Below, in pieces: positions 50,171 through 63,128 of a stretch of 64,000 nt of DNA. The notes below the pieces were generated by a model, which made no database searches, was not told the DNA's origin, and saw only the letters and a list, made by a program, of their open reading frames with translations. The DNA comes from Trichoplax adhaerens (taxonomy: Eukaryota; Animalia; Placozoa): contig NW_002060955.1 of assembly GCF_000150275.1 (NCBI RefSeq), positions 1,346,287 through 1,410,286 of the forward strand, read 5' to 3'. Position 1 is the stretch's first letter, and each line of letters opens with the position of its first letter. The position numbers were made by a program, and so were the translations under genes.

Positions 50171-52197
50171 TAGCTTTTATTGCAGCTACTGCACTATCGG
50201 GACAGGTTATACTAATAGAATGATGTAGTATCACTAAATTTGTTATTGATATCTAGTCAGCATTAAACTCTGACTAATTATTACTGATAGCATCGGAATA
50301 TACCGAATATACAGTACAATATGCAGAGATTATTAATGGCATACTAACAATAGAGTGCTGATGATAATGGTAAACTACAGTACTGTATGCTGATTTTGTA
50401 ATCGAATTTTATTTAACCTGACAGAATCGTTGCAAAATAGGAAGAGATGTCGCATAACTTGACTTTTGAAGGCTATTCATTTAGTCATTTTATCATAGCA
50501 TGAAATACTTTGCGTAGGTTGACGATTGCCCGTACTACCACTAGATTTGTAATTAGACTTCGTGAAGCCTTTCATCGCGAAAAGTTTGCTAGCCGAAAAT
50601 GTTGTGGTAAAGTTAACACAAAGCTCAATGAAGAGGTAACATCAATTGGACATGATAATAAGCACACTATTATTGATTCCAGTTATAATCAAATTATATT
50701 AATGCGATTAACTTCAAATCGTACTATATTTCGTGGAATTTCCACTGGTTTCGCTAATTTATAATTCTTATTGCAATATTGCCAAAACTATGCCATTCGC
50801 TAATCGTATAAAATGCAACAAATGTATGAATGCATGACATAGATAGTGGAACGCCATAATAATCTGGATGACTGACGGTTATATCATGATGATAGACTAT
50901 TGACGACAAGTGGTATGATGCTTTACATCATTTACTACAATTGGACTAAAATCTCGTGCGTTGATCACTGGGGAAGATTCGTGGAGAGTTATGAATAACT
51001 CAATCATGAATCTATGACTGTTATAGCATAGAAAATGTTTTACGACTAATGGGAAAGATGGAAATTCGAGATCGGCTATTTAGTCTCTTCGATAGCTGCA
51101 AGTTATATAAACAGTATAGGAGTAGGTTATTCTGTATCGTATCCGATGGTCCACTCGTTGATTGACAATACTGTTTTCACAAACTAAAGTAATACATAAC
51201 GTAAAAAGGTCACATTTGACCTTTCGTTCAGACTTATTGTGCATTAAGGGTGGACTCTTTAGTGAAAAGTCTTCTCTGTAGAGCAATAGAACTTGAATTA
51301 ACGTACACTAGAATAATAGGTTGATCGAGTATTGTTGATTACTGTCCATTCTACTCTATACATGCATCAATTCGTAAGAATTCAAGAAAACCGCCGAGAC
51401 GTCCGTTTTTCTTGAATACTGTATTGACACAATAATTAACTGTTAGGCTCGTGATACGATACAATATTGTTTCCACCAAGTGATTGTTTAATCCATTCTA
51501 CCTACGGCTACGGACGTCAATTTAATAAGGCATGCAACGGAATAATGTATTTCATTGAATTGCAACTAATGTCATGTTACGTATTGATTTGATGATTATT
51601 TGTTGAAGAAGGACGACTGCATTGTGGGGAGATTTTGACACCAAGAACTTTGAACATCGCCGGCAATGGGGGGATATTGTTTGCAGTTTCATGTCTCCTG
51701 CAGATTGTTCTGGAAATATTTATTTGTTATTGCTATAGTTTGACATGTTGCTTAAGCCGATGACTACATCTACTCTTATCTATAGACATACAGTAGAAGC
51801 CGATTTTAGGGGGGTAATACCATCATGGTTCAACGGAGAATACTGCTAAACTGGGGATATTTTTGCGTAAAGTCATCGATTGAGACATTTTGTGTAGAAA
51901 AGCCCGGCTGACATTCCGCTGGCTAACCTATACCATACAGTAAGAATGTGAACGAACAACAACATCGCAGATTCATTGGCTACCATTTCATCGGGGAAGT
52001 GGATTATTTTGGGCTATACGGCAACAATATTGAACTGTTAATTTAATTTATTTACTTTAGTTACAATGGATCCGTTGGAGTTCCATTGGAGTTTAATGAC
52101 TTTATCATTTTTCGTAAAGCAAGCAAATTGGATTGCAAATGTTATAACTTGCATGACTACTTGAGCTGGGTAGCATAGACCAGTTGGAACTAGAGTA

Positions 52198-52296
52198 ATA
52201 TACCGTACCGTACCGGACTATACCGTATCGTACCGGACTATACCGTATCGTACCGGACTATACCGTATCGTACCGGACTATACCGTATCGGACCGT
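52198..52296. repeat. 20-bp minisatellite (TACCGTATCGTACCGGACTA), about 4.5 copies, upstream of RRM1
   Basis: The repeat is directly visible from 52201 to 52290. Confidence 0.95.
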
Positions 52297-52384
52297 CTTG
52301 CTATCCAACAACAATGCCTCTTTGTTCAATGTCCAATCGTGATTCAACATGATTATGCATATAAAGTCGAAAGATGATTGGTGG

Positions 52385-52530
52385 ACGCGTTTAAGGCGCC
52401 AACTTCAGTTTTTGGAGGCAAAAATAAAACTTCCTGTACAGTACTGTACTGTGTGTACAGTATTGTAAAAGTCAAGCTTCAGTACTGTACAGTACAGTGT
52501 ACAGTACGTGTAGAGTACAGTATACTGTAG
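52385..52530 (+). promoter_or_regulatory. RRM1 upstream region: ACGCGT, E2F-type GGCGCCAA and dense TACTGTA/TACAGTA cluster
   Basis: ACGCGT at 52385-52390, GGCGCCAA at 52395-52402, and many gtactgta/tacagta motifs at 52434-52530, about 300-400 bp before the ATG. Confidence 0.55.
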
Positions 52531-52811
52531 TATGCAGAACGGCTGAGTCAGTGATTGAGTGAAAATGAGGCAAAACATGGTAACTAAGGACGGCAGTGGG
52601 AGGCTGACGTGCTGTACGGTACAACCCCACCTGATATACGTATAAAACGCTTGAACAGACCGGGGCAACAAGTGCTCACTCTTGGCTACGAAAGATTGCT
52701 CGCAGGCCATTCGTGATTTGGTGTAGTAACTTGTAGACACTAACTAGCCTTCAATTCACTGAAAAAAATTCATTTTTTCCCCATTGAATTTTCTTTCAGC
52801 TACAAATCACC

Positions 52812-55800
52812 ATGATGTATGTCGTTAAAAGAGGTAAGCATGCTACAATGACTTTTCTAATTGGCAGTAATGTGGATGAATGCTAACATTGAAGCGATCT
52901 AGACTAGAGTAATTCGTACAACGACCAAGACGGCGTACTTAATCCAAATGCATTTATACAATTTCTCTCTTTAGACGGTCGAAAGGAAAAAGTCATGTTT
53001 GACAAAATAACAAGCAGAGTATCCAAGCTTTGCTACAATTTAAACAACGACCATGTTGATCCGGTAAGTTGGACTATCTAATGGCAATCGCACTAGCGTA
53101 CAAAATTGCTTCAATTTGTTGACTTGTTAGCAACTTCAATCATACTATAGTATTATTTATCATGATGCATTCACCAATGACACATATTCGTGATCTTAAC
53201 TAGCGTAACATTTCTTAGATCAGATTGCAGTATCTTTCTCCATGTATTTTTAGCTACTCACTGTTTCAATACTATTGTCAGTCCAACAAGTAATATTTTC
53301 AGCAGCACAATTGACGAAATCTATCATCGAGGATGAACCAGTGCAAAACACCAAAGTGAACTTGCCACGTTGTACTTTCTACAGCATAATTTCATCTAAA
53401 TTGGATTGCCTGCAAGTAGTTTAATGCCATGTATGTGGAATTTATAGCATGATTTGTAGGGGGGGAGACAAAGGTGCGATTTTTTAATCCCCTACAAATA
53501 CATTCCACGTCCACCTGTATTAATGAGTAGTTAAGTACAGTACTGTAAACTGGCAAAGATGAATAAGCATTAGCTGCATTACTGTAGTAAAGTTGTAGAT
53601 CAGACAGGAGAAATTGATCCCAAATATCAACTCGCAACAATCTCTGCACCGTAAACATACTGTACTGCACTGCACGAGTGGAGGTAAATCACACCGGTAC
53701 AGTACAGTGTACCAAACGTTTCATTTAGCATCGTACTGTAGCTTACAGTATGAAACACTTATTGTTTCTATCTGAAGGATTGACCGCTTTGGCGCCATTA
53801 ACTTGGCGCCGATATTTAAACAGTCTTTCACACCTTGCTGAAGAAAATTTTTGGAATAGTTTATGATTGGACATTTTAGATCAAATTGTGATTTATCGAG
53901 TGGTTTCAAGCGCTTTCACATAACTTCCAGATACGCTATTCGCATGGAGAAATTTCGATTTTCCCTCATACTGTATCGTAATATCAAGGTTAATGTATCC
54001 TTAGATAAAACAACTACTATGCAATAAAATAATGTATCGTGGAAAGAAAAGGATGTGTAAATAGAATCAAAAAGTGTTGCAAGGAAAGCGATCTTTTCTT
54101 TGAGTCTAGATAAAATAAAATAGACTTGCTGTATCGTAACTAGAAGAGCTTTAAATAAACAGCCAAGTTAATAGTAGAGTCAGAGTAAGGAGACTCACAA
54201 TTTTGAGTGTTAAACTGTAAGAGAATACTTTAATAATGAAGTAAACTGTCGTCTGTCATGCAGTATATGCAATTGTACAATCGCTTCTGCTTAGTTATTA
54301 GTTCAATGCCTTATCGTTTTGTAGCAGTAACAAAAGTGAAAATTTATCTAATTAAATACGATTATTTATGTTGAAAGCAAAAACTAAAAATAGATACAGT
54401 ATCTTTCTTAGTAACTCTATGGTTGAAATTTGAAAAATGTTTCTTTTTATATGGCTAATCGGTGTAGCACCGAATTGGCTACTTTCCAAGAAATGCTTAA
54501 ATATGTATTAGTTGGCATGTGGCTACGATGATCATTCTTACGTAGTTTGTTCTATTAATTGAGCATAGAAACGGCCGACTTGCGTATGTATGTTTCAACT
54601 CACTCTTACATAAATTTGACTTCTGTAGGCTGCTATAACCATGAAAGTAATTGCTGGTATTTATAACGGTGTGACGACTGTGGAACTAGATACCCTGGCC
54701 GCTGAAATTGCCGCGTCAATGACTACAAACCATCCTGATTATGCGCTTCTTGCTGCTCGTATTGCAGTTTCTAATTTGCATAAAGAAACGAAAAAAACTT
54801 TCAGTGGTACGTTAACTACGATATCTGCAAGATAGTTATACTGTAGCTACAAATGAATTGTTAATCAATTAAGAGTACCTTGATCTTACTAAAACATGAC
54901 TGATATAATATTTTACCTTATTTTAGTTGTCATGGATGAATTATACAATTATGTTAACCCCAAGAATGGCAAGCATTCACCAATGATTTCTAAAGAAACT
55001 CACGAAATCATAACTAAGCATTGTGAGGTAATTATTTACAAAGTATGCAGTCATTTCTATTTTTCGCAATATTTACACCACATGAACATTCATGTTACTA
55101 TAGCGCCTAAATTCTGCAATTATTTACGATCGTGACTACAACTACAACTTCTTTGGCTTTAAGGTCAGTGCATGTATACTATACAGTGTATCTTGCCGTT
55201 AATACTACACTATATCTTCTTTATTATGATATTTTAATTTATTACTTCGCTAAACTACATTGATGGCTGTTCCTCTGAACTGCTCAAGCGGTAGCATTTT
55301 AGATTTTAAGTCATCATACATTTCTAAACCGAATGTGATATCTGGTCCTAGTATGTACCAAAGCAATAATCATGCTGATGTTAAGCCTACTATTTATAAT
55401 TATGTGACTACAATACTCGTATGTATAGGAATCAATCAAGATATTTCATCACATTGAAGTTTTGTCATAAATGATAAACTAATCTGCAGTTTTCGATCTA
55501 CAACGGCTCCATCGCAATTACTGATTTTGTTACCAACATCACTATAAGCATATTATTCGGTCACAGCCTTAAATGAGAATATTTCAATAATCAAATTCAC
55601 ACTTATGTTATGTAGACGCTAGAGCGATCGTATTTGTTGAAAATTGATAAAAAAGGTGAACTTAAAATAATTCAAATCATTTACATATGGAGCTATTCAA
55701 GTATGAAATCGCTGTATATTAATATCATGATTAAATTCTTTAACAATTAGTGGCTGAGCGACCCCAGCATATGTTAATGCGTGTTTCTGTTGGTATCCAC

Positions 55801-58800
55801 GGGGAAGACATCGATGGTGCAATTGAGGTAGCCTTAAAATTCTAATCGTCACAGATATTACAGTCAATTGTCGAATGTATTGTAGTTTATAGTAGATGTA
55901 CGATTTTAACATTAAAAGTTGATTTTTCAGACATATAATTTAATGTCCGAACGTTGGTTTACACACGCTTCGCCAACGCTTTTTAATGCTGGTACCTGCA
56001 GACCTCAATTATCTAGCTGTTTTCTACTTACAATGTCGGATGATAGTATTGAGGTACTGTATGTAGTCTACATACAACATTTAGCTATAGCATTATCTAA
56101 ATTGGGTGGTTGAAATTGTACTTTTAGGGTATATATGATACACTTAAACAGTGCGCTTTGATTTCTAAATCTGCTGGTGGGATTGGCTTAAGTGTGCATT
56201 GTATTAGATCATCTGGAAGCTATATTGCAGGGGTATGTATTGTCCTTTTACTTTCCAAGCTAGTTTCTATTTTACGTAATCCAACAAAATTCCCTCGCTA
56301 ACATTGTCTTTACGATTTGTTTCATGCTGCCACAGACTAATGGTCATTCGAATGGACTAGTGCCAATGCTTCGAGTATACAACAATACAGCAAGATATGT
56401 TGATCAGGGTGGAAATAAGGTATCGTAAAAACTAGCATACGACATATTAAGGATTCGAATATGATTTAGATTAACTAACAGCTAAAATTGCATGCTATCT
56501 TGTAGCGCCCTGGAGCTTTTGCAATCTATTTAGAGCCATGGCATCCGGATATTTTTGATTTTCTAGACTTGAAAAAGAATACTGGAAAAGAAGAGCAGGT
56601 AAATTATAGCTTGTTTAATTAGCAATCGAATGATTTTGCACATTGTTTCTAAAACTACCTTATAATTATATCGTGTATAGAGGGCGCGAGATTTGTTTTA
56701 TGCAATGTGGATGCCGGATTTGTTTATGAAACGAGTTGAAGAAAACGGAGTATGGTCGTTAATGTGCCCGAATGATTGTCCAGGTTTACATGATACTTAT
56801 GGCGAAGAATTTGAAAAGTTATATACAGAGTACGTTTTAATGCTTGGGTGCATTCATTCTACGCAATACTGTAATAAACGACGATAATATAACAAGAATT
56901 ATTTTTTTATTAACGTGTACAGGTATGAAGACGCTGGAAAGTTTATTCGACAAGTTCGAGCGCAAAAACTCTGGTTCGCAATCTTGGAAGCCCAAGTAGA
57001 AACTGGTACTCCTTACATGTTATATAAAGATGCGTGCAATCGTAAAAGTAATCAAAAGGTTCGTATGGTAGTTACAAATTGTCAACATGATTTTCGTTAA
57101 TATTCAATTCTGCCTAACAGTTATGTAACAGCAATCGATGTGTCGTTCTATAGAATTTAGGCACAATCAAAAGCAGCAATCTTTGTACGGAAATTATAGA
57201 ATATACAAGCCCTGATGAGGTACATGAATTATTAGCGAGTATTAGATCGGATTGACATCTTTATTCCGTTAACTGACGTAAAAATATGACAATCTTACAG
57301 GTTGCTGTATGTAATCTCGCCTCGATTGCTTTACCTCGGTTCGTAAGACCTGACAAAACCTTTGACTTTCATAAGTTGGCGGAAGTGACTAAAGTAATTA
57401 CACGCAATCTGAACAAAATCATAGATATTAACTTCTATCCTGTACCGGAGGTAGGCTACGCGAATTATGAATAGCAATTAATATATTAGTAAACGTTAAG
57501 TAAATCGATAGCGTTGCCTTAATATATTGATTGATAGTGGAATTTATCGTATAAATGTTCTTTGAATAATTGCGAAATAATGTATTGTACGAATGCTATT
57601 TTTTGTAGGCTGAGAAATCTAACAAAAGACATAGGCCTATCGGGATTGGAGTTCAGGTATTTACATTATATCTTAATTTCTATATATTATCATCTATCTT
57701 ATTTTGGTTATGTAATTTCTTATAGGGATTAGCTGATGCTTTTATTCTAATGCGTTTCCCGTTCGATGGACCAGAGGCTCGCGACTTGAATATAAAAATT
57801 TTTGAAAGTATTTATTATGGTGCTCTACAGGTAGAATACTGAACGTAGTGGTGGATTACGTTATGCAATAATTTAATTCTACATATCTAACTTACGCATG
57901 TTACTTTAGGCTAGCTGTGAGCTAGCAAAAGAAGTTGGTCCATACGAAACCTATGAGGGGTCTCCAGCAAGTCAAGGGGTTAGTAGCTATTCGTCGGAAT
58001 TAATGATTACGGATACTATCATATTGCCTTGCTCGTGTACTTACGACATTGACAATGGCATTTTTGAAATATCTTTTAGCAATTACAATTTGACTTGTGG
58101 GAAAAGCAACCGACTGATTTATGGAACTGGAATTCGTTAAAAGAAGACATCAAAAAGTATGTTCTACAACATAAAACTTTTGCTAGTCAACTGGAGTAGT
58201 GTGCATGGAGTGTTTTTATTAACCATCCCTATTTGATGCAATAGGTATGGCTTACGAAATAGCTTACTATTAGCTCCAATGCCAACGGCTTCTACTGCTC
58301 AAATCCTTGGTAATAACGAATCAATTGAGCCGTATACAAGCAATATTTATTCTAGACGTGTTTTGTCAGGAGAATTCCAGGTTATTCTAATAGTCTACTT
58401 TGCAATGATTATAAGATTTTATAATATTTTAAGGGGACTTGACGTTTCAATGTACAAAATATTAGTTTTAACACTAAGATATAGCATTTATAGGACATAA
58501 TCTTATGTTATGAATCTGTTCAAAATTTTTACCGCTTTGGAAAATAGGTGGTCAACCAGCATTTGCTGAAAGATTTAACGGATATGGGTGTTTGGAATGA
58601 TATGATGAAAAATGAACTTATTGCTAATAACGGCTCTATTCAAGTACGTACTATGTACTAATATTAAATTGGAAAGACATAAGTTGAATATGATATTAGT
58701 ATTTCATCGGAAATCAAGAAAGTAATGTATAGATTGTGTTATATCACAGAAAATAAACAACATACCAGATGATATTAAAGCGTTATATAAAACCGTATGG

Positions 58801-59196
58801 GAAATTTCTCAAAGAACCTTGATCGATATGGCAGCTGATCGGGGAGCTTACATTGATCAAAGTCAATCATTTAACGTACATATTGCTGAGCCCAATTTTG
58901 CGAAGTTAACCAGCATGCATTTTTACGCCTGGAAAAAGGTATGAATATAGAATGACGCACAATTCTATTTAAAGGGTTCTACAAAAGCTAAATAAGCTAT
59001 TTATAAAATGCGATTGAATGTTACATTGCTGTAATTGTGTTAGGGCCTGAAGACTGGCATGTATTATTTACGGACAAAGCCGGCGGCCAGTGCTATACAA
59101 TTTACTGTAGATAAAGAAAAATTGCAGAAAGATAGAGAAAGTGCGATGGTTTGCTCTCTCGAAAATAAGGAAGCCTGTTTGATGTGTAGTGGTTAA
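52812..59196 (+). CDS. RRM1: Ribonucleoside-diphosphate reductase large subunit (class Ia R1), multi-exon
   Basis: Exon 1 MMYVVKR|[13 protein letters not shown] (ATP cone), [39 protein letters not shown]|[13 protein letters not shown], catalytic [44 protein letters not shown] and the C-terminal redox pair CLMCSG*. Confidence 0.98.
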
Positions 59197-60257
59197 ATCA
59201 TACGACATACACTCGTATAAGGATTAGTATTTTAAATTTATTGTAGTTAATAACGTGTCCATTTATCTAATAGCAAAACACTCGCCAGCTCCTTGTTAAG
59301 TTGCTTGCTTAAGTGAATATAGTATTCTATAAATGATAACAGCCGATGATTGGAATAAGTCATGAATTTTAAAGGTTATAATGTTCGATAGATTTGTATT
59401 ATATGTAGCTAGCTACAATCACGGCACTACAGCAGCGTTTTCTCGTAATAGTACGCTAACCATGTTGATTTATGAAGAAATATTTGTAAAAGGCCACTTG
59501 TATGATTGCCATTTCAACAGATATATTTTATCGAAGAACTTGTGAACTACCTGTTATAATTTATAAGTTAAGTTAAATCAATTCAAGTTTAAATGTCAGC
59601 ACTGTATGATGTACCATTTTAAATCTGCATATTGCAAGCGTCAGAATAAATTTTGTTCGGTTAATATATCGTTAAATTGTAGGTCAATACGAGTGTTTGT
59701 TGCTTTGCATATAAGCAGTAGTCCAAAATTACGATAATTGCCATAATTATATATTTAACGAGCGACTGTATAACGTGGTTGCGGTAGTAACAAAACGCAA
59801 GGATTGTTGGCAGACCGTTCAATAAACGGCAGTGATTTTTCAGTGTAGTATTAAACAGGCTTTGAATATTAATGCAGATGGGTGTTTTTATTGAACTCTT
59901 CTATAATCAATTATAATTAATTAATTTCAACAATACCAGAATCGGCGTACAGTATCTTGCCTGTCTTGCTTTCTTACTTTAACAGTCCATGATAATGTAT
60001 GCTTATATTGTACGGTAATTTTACAATGTATCAGGATCATATATTACAAAGCTAGTGCAAAAAATTGCCAAATTTTATCATACAAAAGATCCACTCGGTA
60101 TCATTTAGTCGTATCTTCACGATTTACACGTAATGAGCTGATCGCAAGGGATCGGAATGCTTAGAGCGGTCTTGTGTTATAAGGTCCGATAAATAAGAGG
60201 CCAAATATTTGCTACTGTAGTTGTGATCGATGCCTATCGGAATAGTCTGGCAACTTT

Positions 60258-61643
60258 TTACTCTCCAAATTGTTCAATTGTTTCGACGGTTAACTTTAAC
60301 AAATCCAAAAACGAATTGACTCCAACTCTTAATGATCTTGGATCAGGTGAGTTAAATTGCCTGTCGGTGAGAGAAGAAAAATGATGTACGAATAGCGATC
60401 AATGGTTATACTACAACACATTTAGTCACTCTGAAGTATACATTAATTAAAGTATAGTAGGTATTTTTAATACTGCTTCATTGTTGATTCCTATCCGGAG
60501 TAACTTAACATCAAGAGAATTGAAGGTAGCCATGCAATACTCGCTATACCAACACATTATTAGTCTACAGCACGAAATAATTCTTAGTATTTTATAAACT
60601 ATGAGAGTAATTTGTTGACCATCCTACTTTAATACTGACACAAGCAATTGATTGTCGTTTAATTGTAGATTTTTGACTGCTGAGCTACGTTTGGGTTCTT
60701 TGTCGACAGTTAGAGTCCTATAAGCAATTGCTGCTGTCTTGCTATCAGGAAACGGGACAGTTAATTGGCTAGAGGATTGATACGTGTTAAGAATATGACA
60801 ACATACGTGTTCAATGAATAAATGATCAAGAAATTTAGAATCAGACAAGCATTCAATTTTTGATTAAACCACAGACTTAGCCATGGATTAAATGTTGTAA
60901 AGGAATCTGGAATCAATGACGTAGTAATGTCATGCATATCTACGGATGTCTGCTTTAAAAAAGGATACAACGAACTTGTCGACATCTTCAATCTCCCTTA
61001 CTGAAAGCAACAACTTCAAGATATCTGAGTATAAGAATCATAAATTTAAAACATCAATTGTTAGACAGGGAAATCGTGAGCAATGCCTAACAACTTAACG
61101 CCATATCAGTGCATATTATTCAATCTAGCAGAAATTCCTCCATAATCAAATTACCAATTGACTGTGATAAAAGATGGACATTACAGCGTTCACGCCAGTT
61201 GCAATATATCCGCCGTTGCTGCACAGTGTACATTACAAGGTAACGCTGTCGCGTTATACACTTATACCCAATCTCTACTTTACTGTACCAACAGTACTTT
61301 GCTGCAGAGTGTTACTGTACTGTACTGTACTCATGCACTAGATGGAGACCCGGATGGATCACTATTGGACAGACAGACACTTTCTGCCTCATCACGTTCA
61401 AATATGGTGGCAAACACTTGGTTAGGATTATGATGGTGGTACTAAAGTATCCAGACGGTCGATTCAGTTTTTGATTGATTTTTACTAAATTAAGTAATAT
61501 TACACTGAATCTTATTATCTGTTAGTCAATTTCTGCTTGAAAATAGCTATATAAGATCGTAAGTATTATTGAAGTTCGTACCAAAGATTTAGAAAGCAGA
61601 CATGGAAGATCCATACTTACTACCGTAAGTACGAAGTAGTCAT
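60258..61643 (-). CDS. LAGE3: EKC/KEOPS complex subunit PCC1/LAGE3 (84 aa, 3 exons)
   Basis: Exons 61643-61621 (MTTSYLR), 60768-60640 (YQLTVPFPDSKTAAIAYRTLTVDKEPKRS...) and 60360-60258 (QFNSPDPRSLRVGVNSFLDLLKLTVETIEQFGE*) total 255 nt in frame. Pcc1 motifs VPFP, L-x-VD-x-EP and R-x-LR-x-x-x-NSFL are present. Confidence 0.9.
61350..61464. repeat. Dispersed element, copy 2, inside LAGE3 intron 1
   Basis: Homologous to 46659-46762. Confidence 0.75.
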
Positions 61644-63128
61644 TTTTTAACATTGGTGGCCTCATTTGGTACAATAAGTCCGTCCATCCGACGAGAAGGC
61701 TTGTTCTCCTAAGGCATGTTACAGTGTACAGTTTACAGTATCGTGTATTCTGTACTGTATGATAGTACTGTACAGTACACGAATGATCAATGAAAGTGAA
61801 ATGGCTTCTTGATGGCCATTTTTGAGCTCAAATCAACTTAATTTTGGAATATGTAGAATTAAATTTCAGTCGCTTAATTAATAAGAATACTCTTTAAAAG
61901 ACTAATTTCGTTATAAATAGGCGTATCCGTTTGGGTATTGTGCTCGGAAGTTAGCTTACGGAACCAATAGTGAGACGATAAAATCAAAGTTGTTGCTGAA
62001 GTAATTCATAAACCTTGAGGATACTCTAATCGAATGCATTGTAAAAGGATTAGTTGGTTCTATATGCAACTCCAACCGTTTTCGAAATAATGGCAGTTGA
62101 TTGCAGAACTAGGTTCATCTAAATTAATTTATTCGTTCATTAGAAGAAGATTTAATTTATCTCAAAGACACTGATACAATATCTCAATTTTTTTCACAGT
62201 ACGGTTTTTACCGTTTTTACAGTATCCGTTCGACAGCATATTAAGGGCTCAGAGAGTACTTATAATGATTGCTACGCGCAATTTCAATTCAGTATTCATA
62301 TATATTAATATTTTGAAGAGAAAGTAAATGTTGTTCTGCTATTTTAATTATTACCAACGATTGACTCATTGATGGTACTATATTTCTTAAGGATTTTTTT
62401 TCCAGTCAACAACAGCGAATGACTTTGGACTTTCAATCTCTATATGTCCATTGTATCGGCATAGATGCAAGCTATTCTGCTTATGAACAAGATAATAGAT
62501 TCTTTATATACTCATACAGTTGTAAAACTATGTTATCGGAAATCTTGGCAGTTCAATTTGTGCTATCAGACATATCAATAGATTAAATCTTTCACCGGTT
62601 ATTAACAACGCATTTCTATTTGTTCAATAAGAATGACGTCAATATAGAAAGCAATCTAAACTCAATCGCGATATACCTATCTCTTTGCGTACTTCCGTTA
62701 AATTATATTATGCTTGTCTCCGAATCGATTATAGTTTATAATACGAAGCGGTGATACGGTTACATTGGCTTTAACCGCGTCTGACGATGCCATTTCTTAG
62801 CTGAATTGATCAACACATCCTTCTTAATTACCTTCGATAAGTGCTAGCAAAATGTCTTATAATCCAATTGGAGAAGTTTTCCTCTTCTAATCTAATATAT
62901 TATGACCTTACCACCAAGAATTTGCTATTTCATTTCTCATAAACAAGCACAAAAATCTCAACTATTAGGGTTATTTTATAATTCATATCTAGGTTTTAAT
63001 GTTAATTTCCATAACATTTTCATATCTTTGATATCTTCAAGGATTTAAACTAATTTCTGGAATACGTATCGAATTACCTGAATCAAATTTTATTTGCAGT
63101 TAACTGATGTTATACTATCCTCTTATAT

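Noticed and set aside
48890-50930. Scattered TGATGA/CTGA pairs as box C/D snoRNAs
   Set aside because: No convincing terminal stems or rRNA-antisense element next to a D box could be verified by eye.
51379-51417. 11-bp-stem hairpin resembling an intrinsic terminator
   Set aside because: Eukaryotic context, AT-rich stem and single occurrence; compatible with chance.
61155-61181. ATG exon MSIFYHSQL as the LAGE3 first exon
   Set aside because: It ends in phase 0, whereas the next exon requires phase 2; the exon at 61643-61621 fits.
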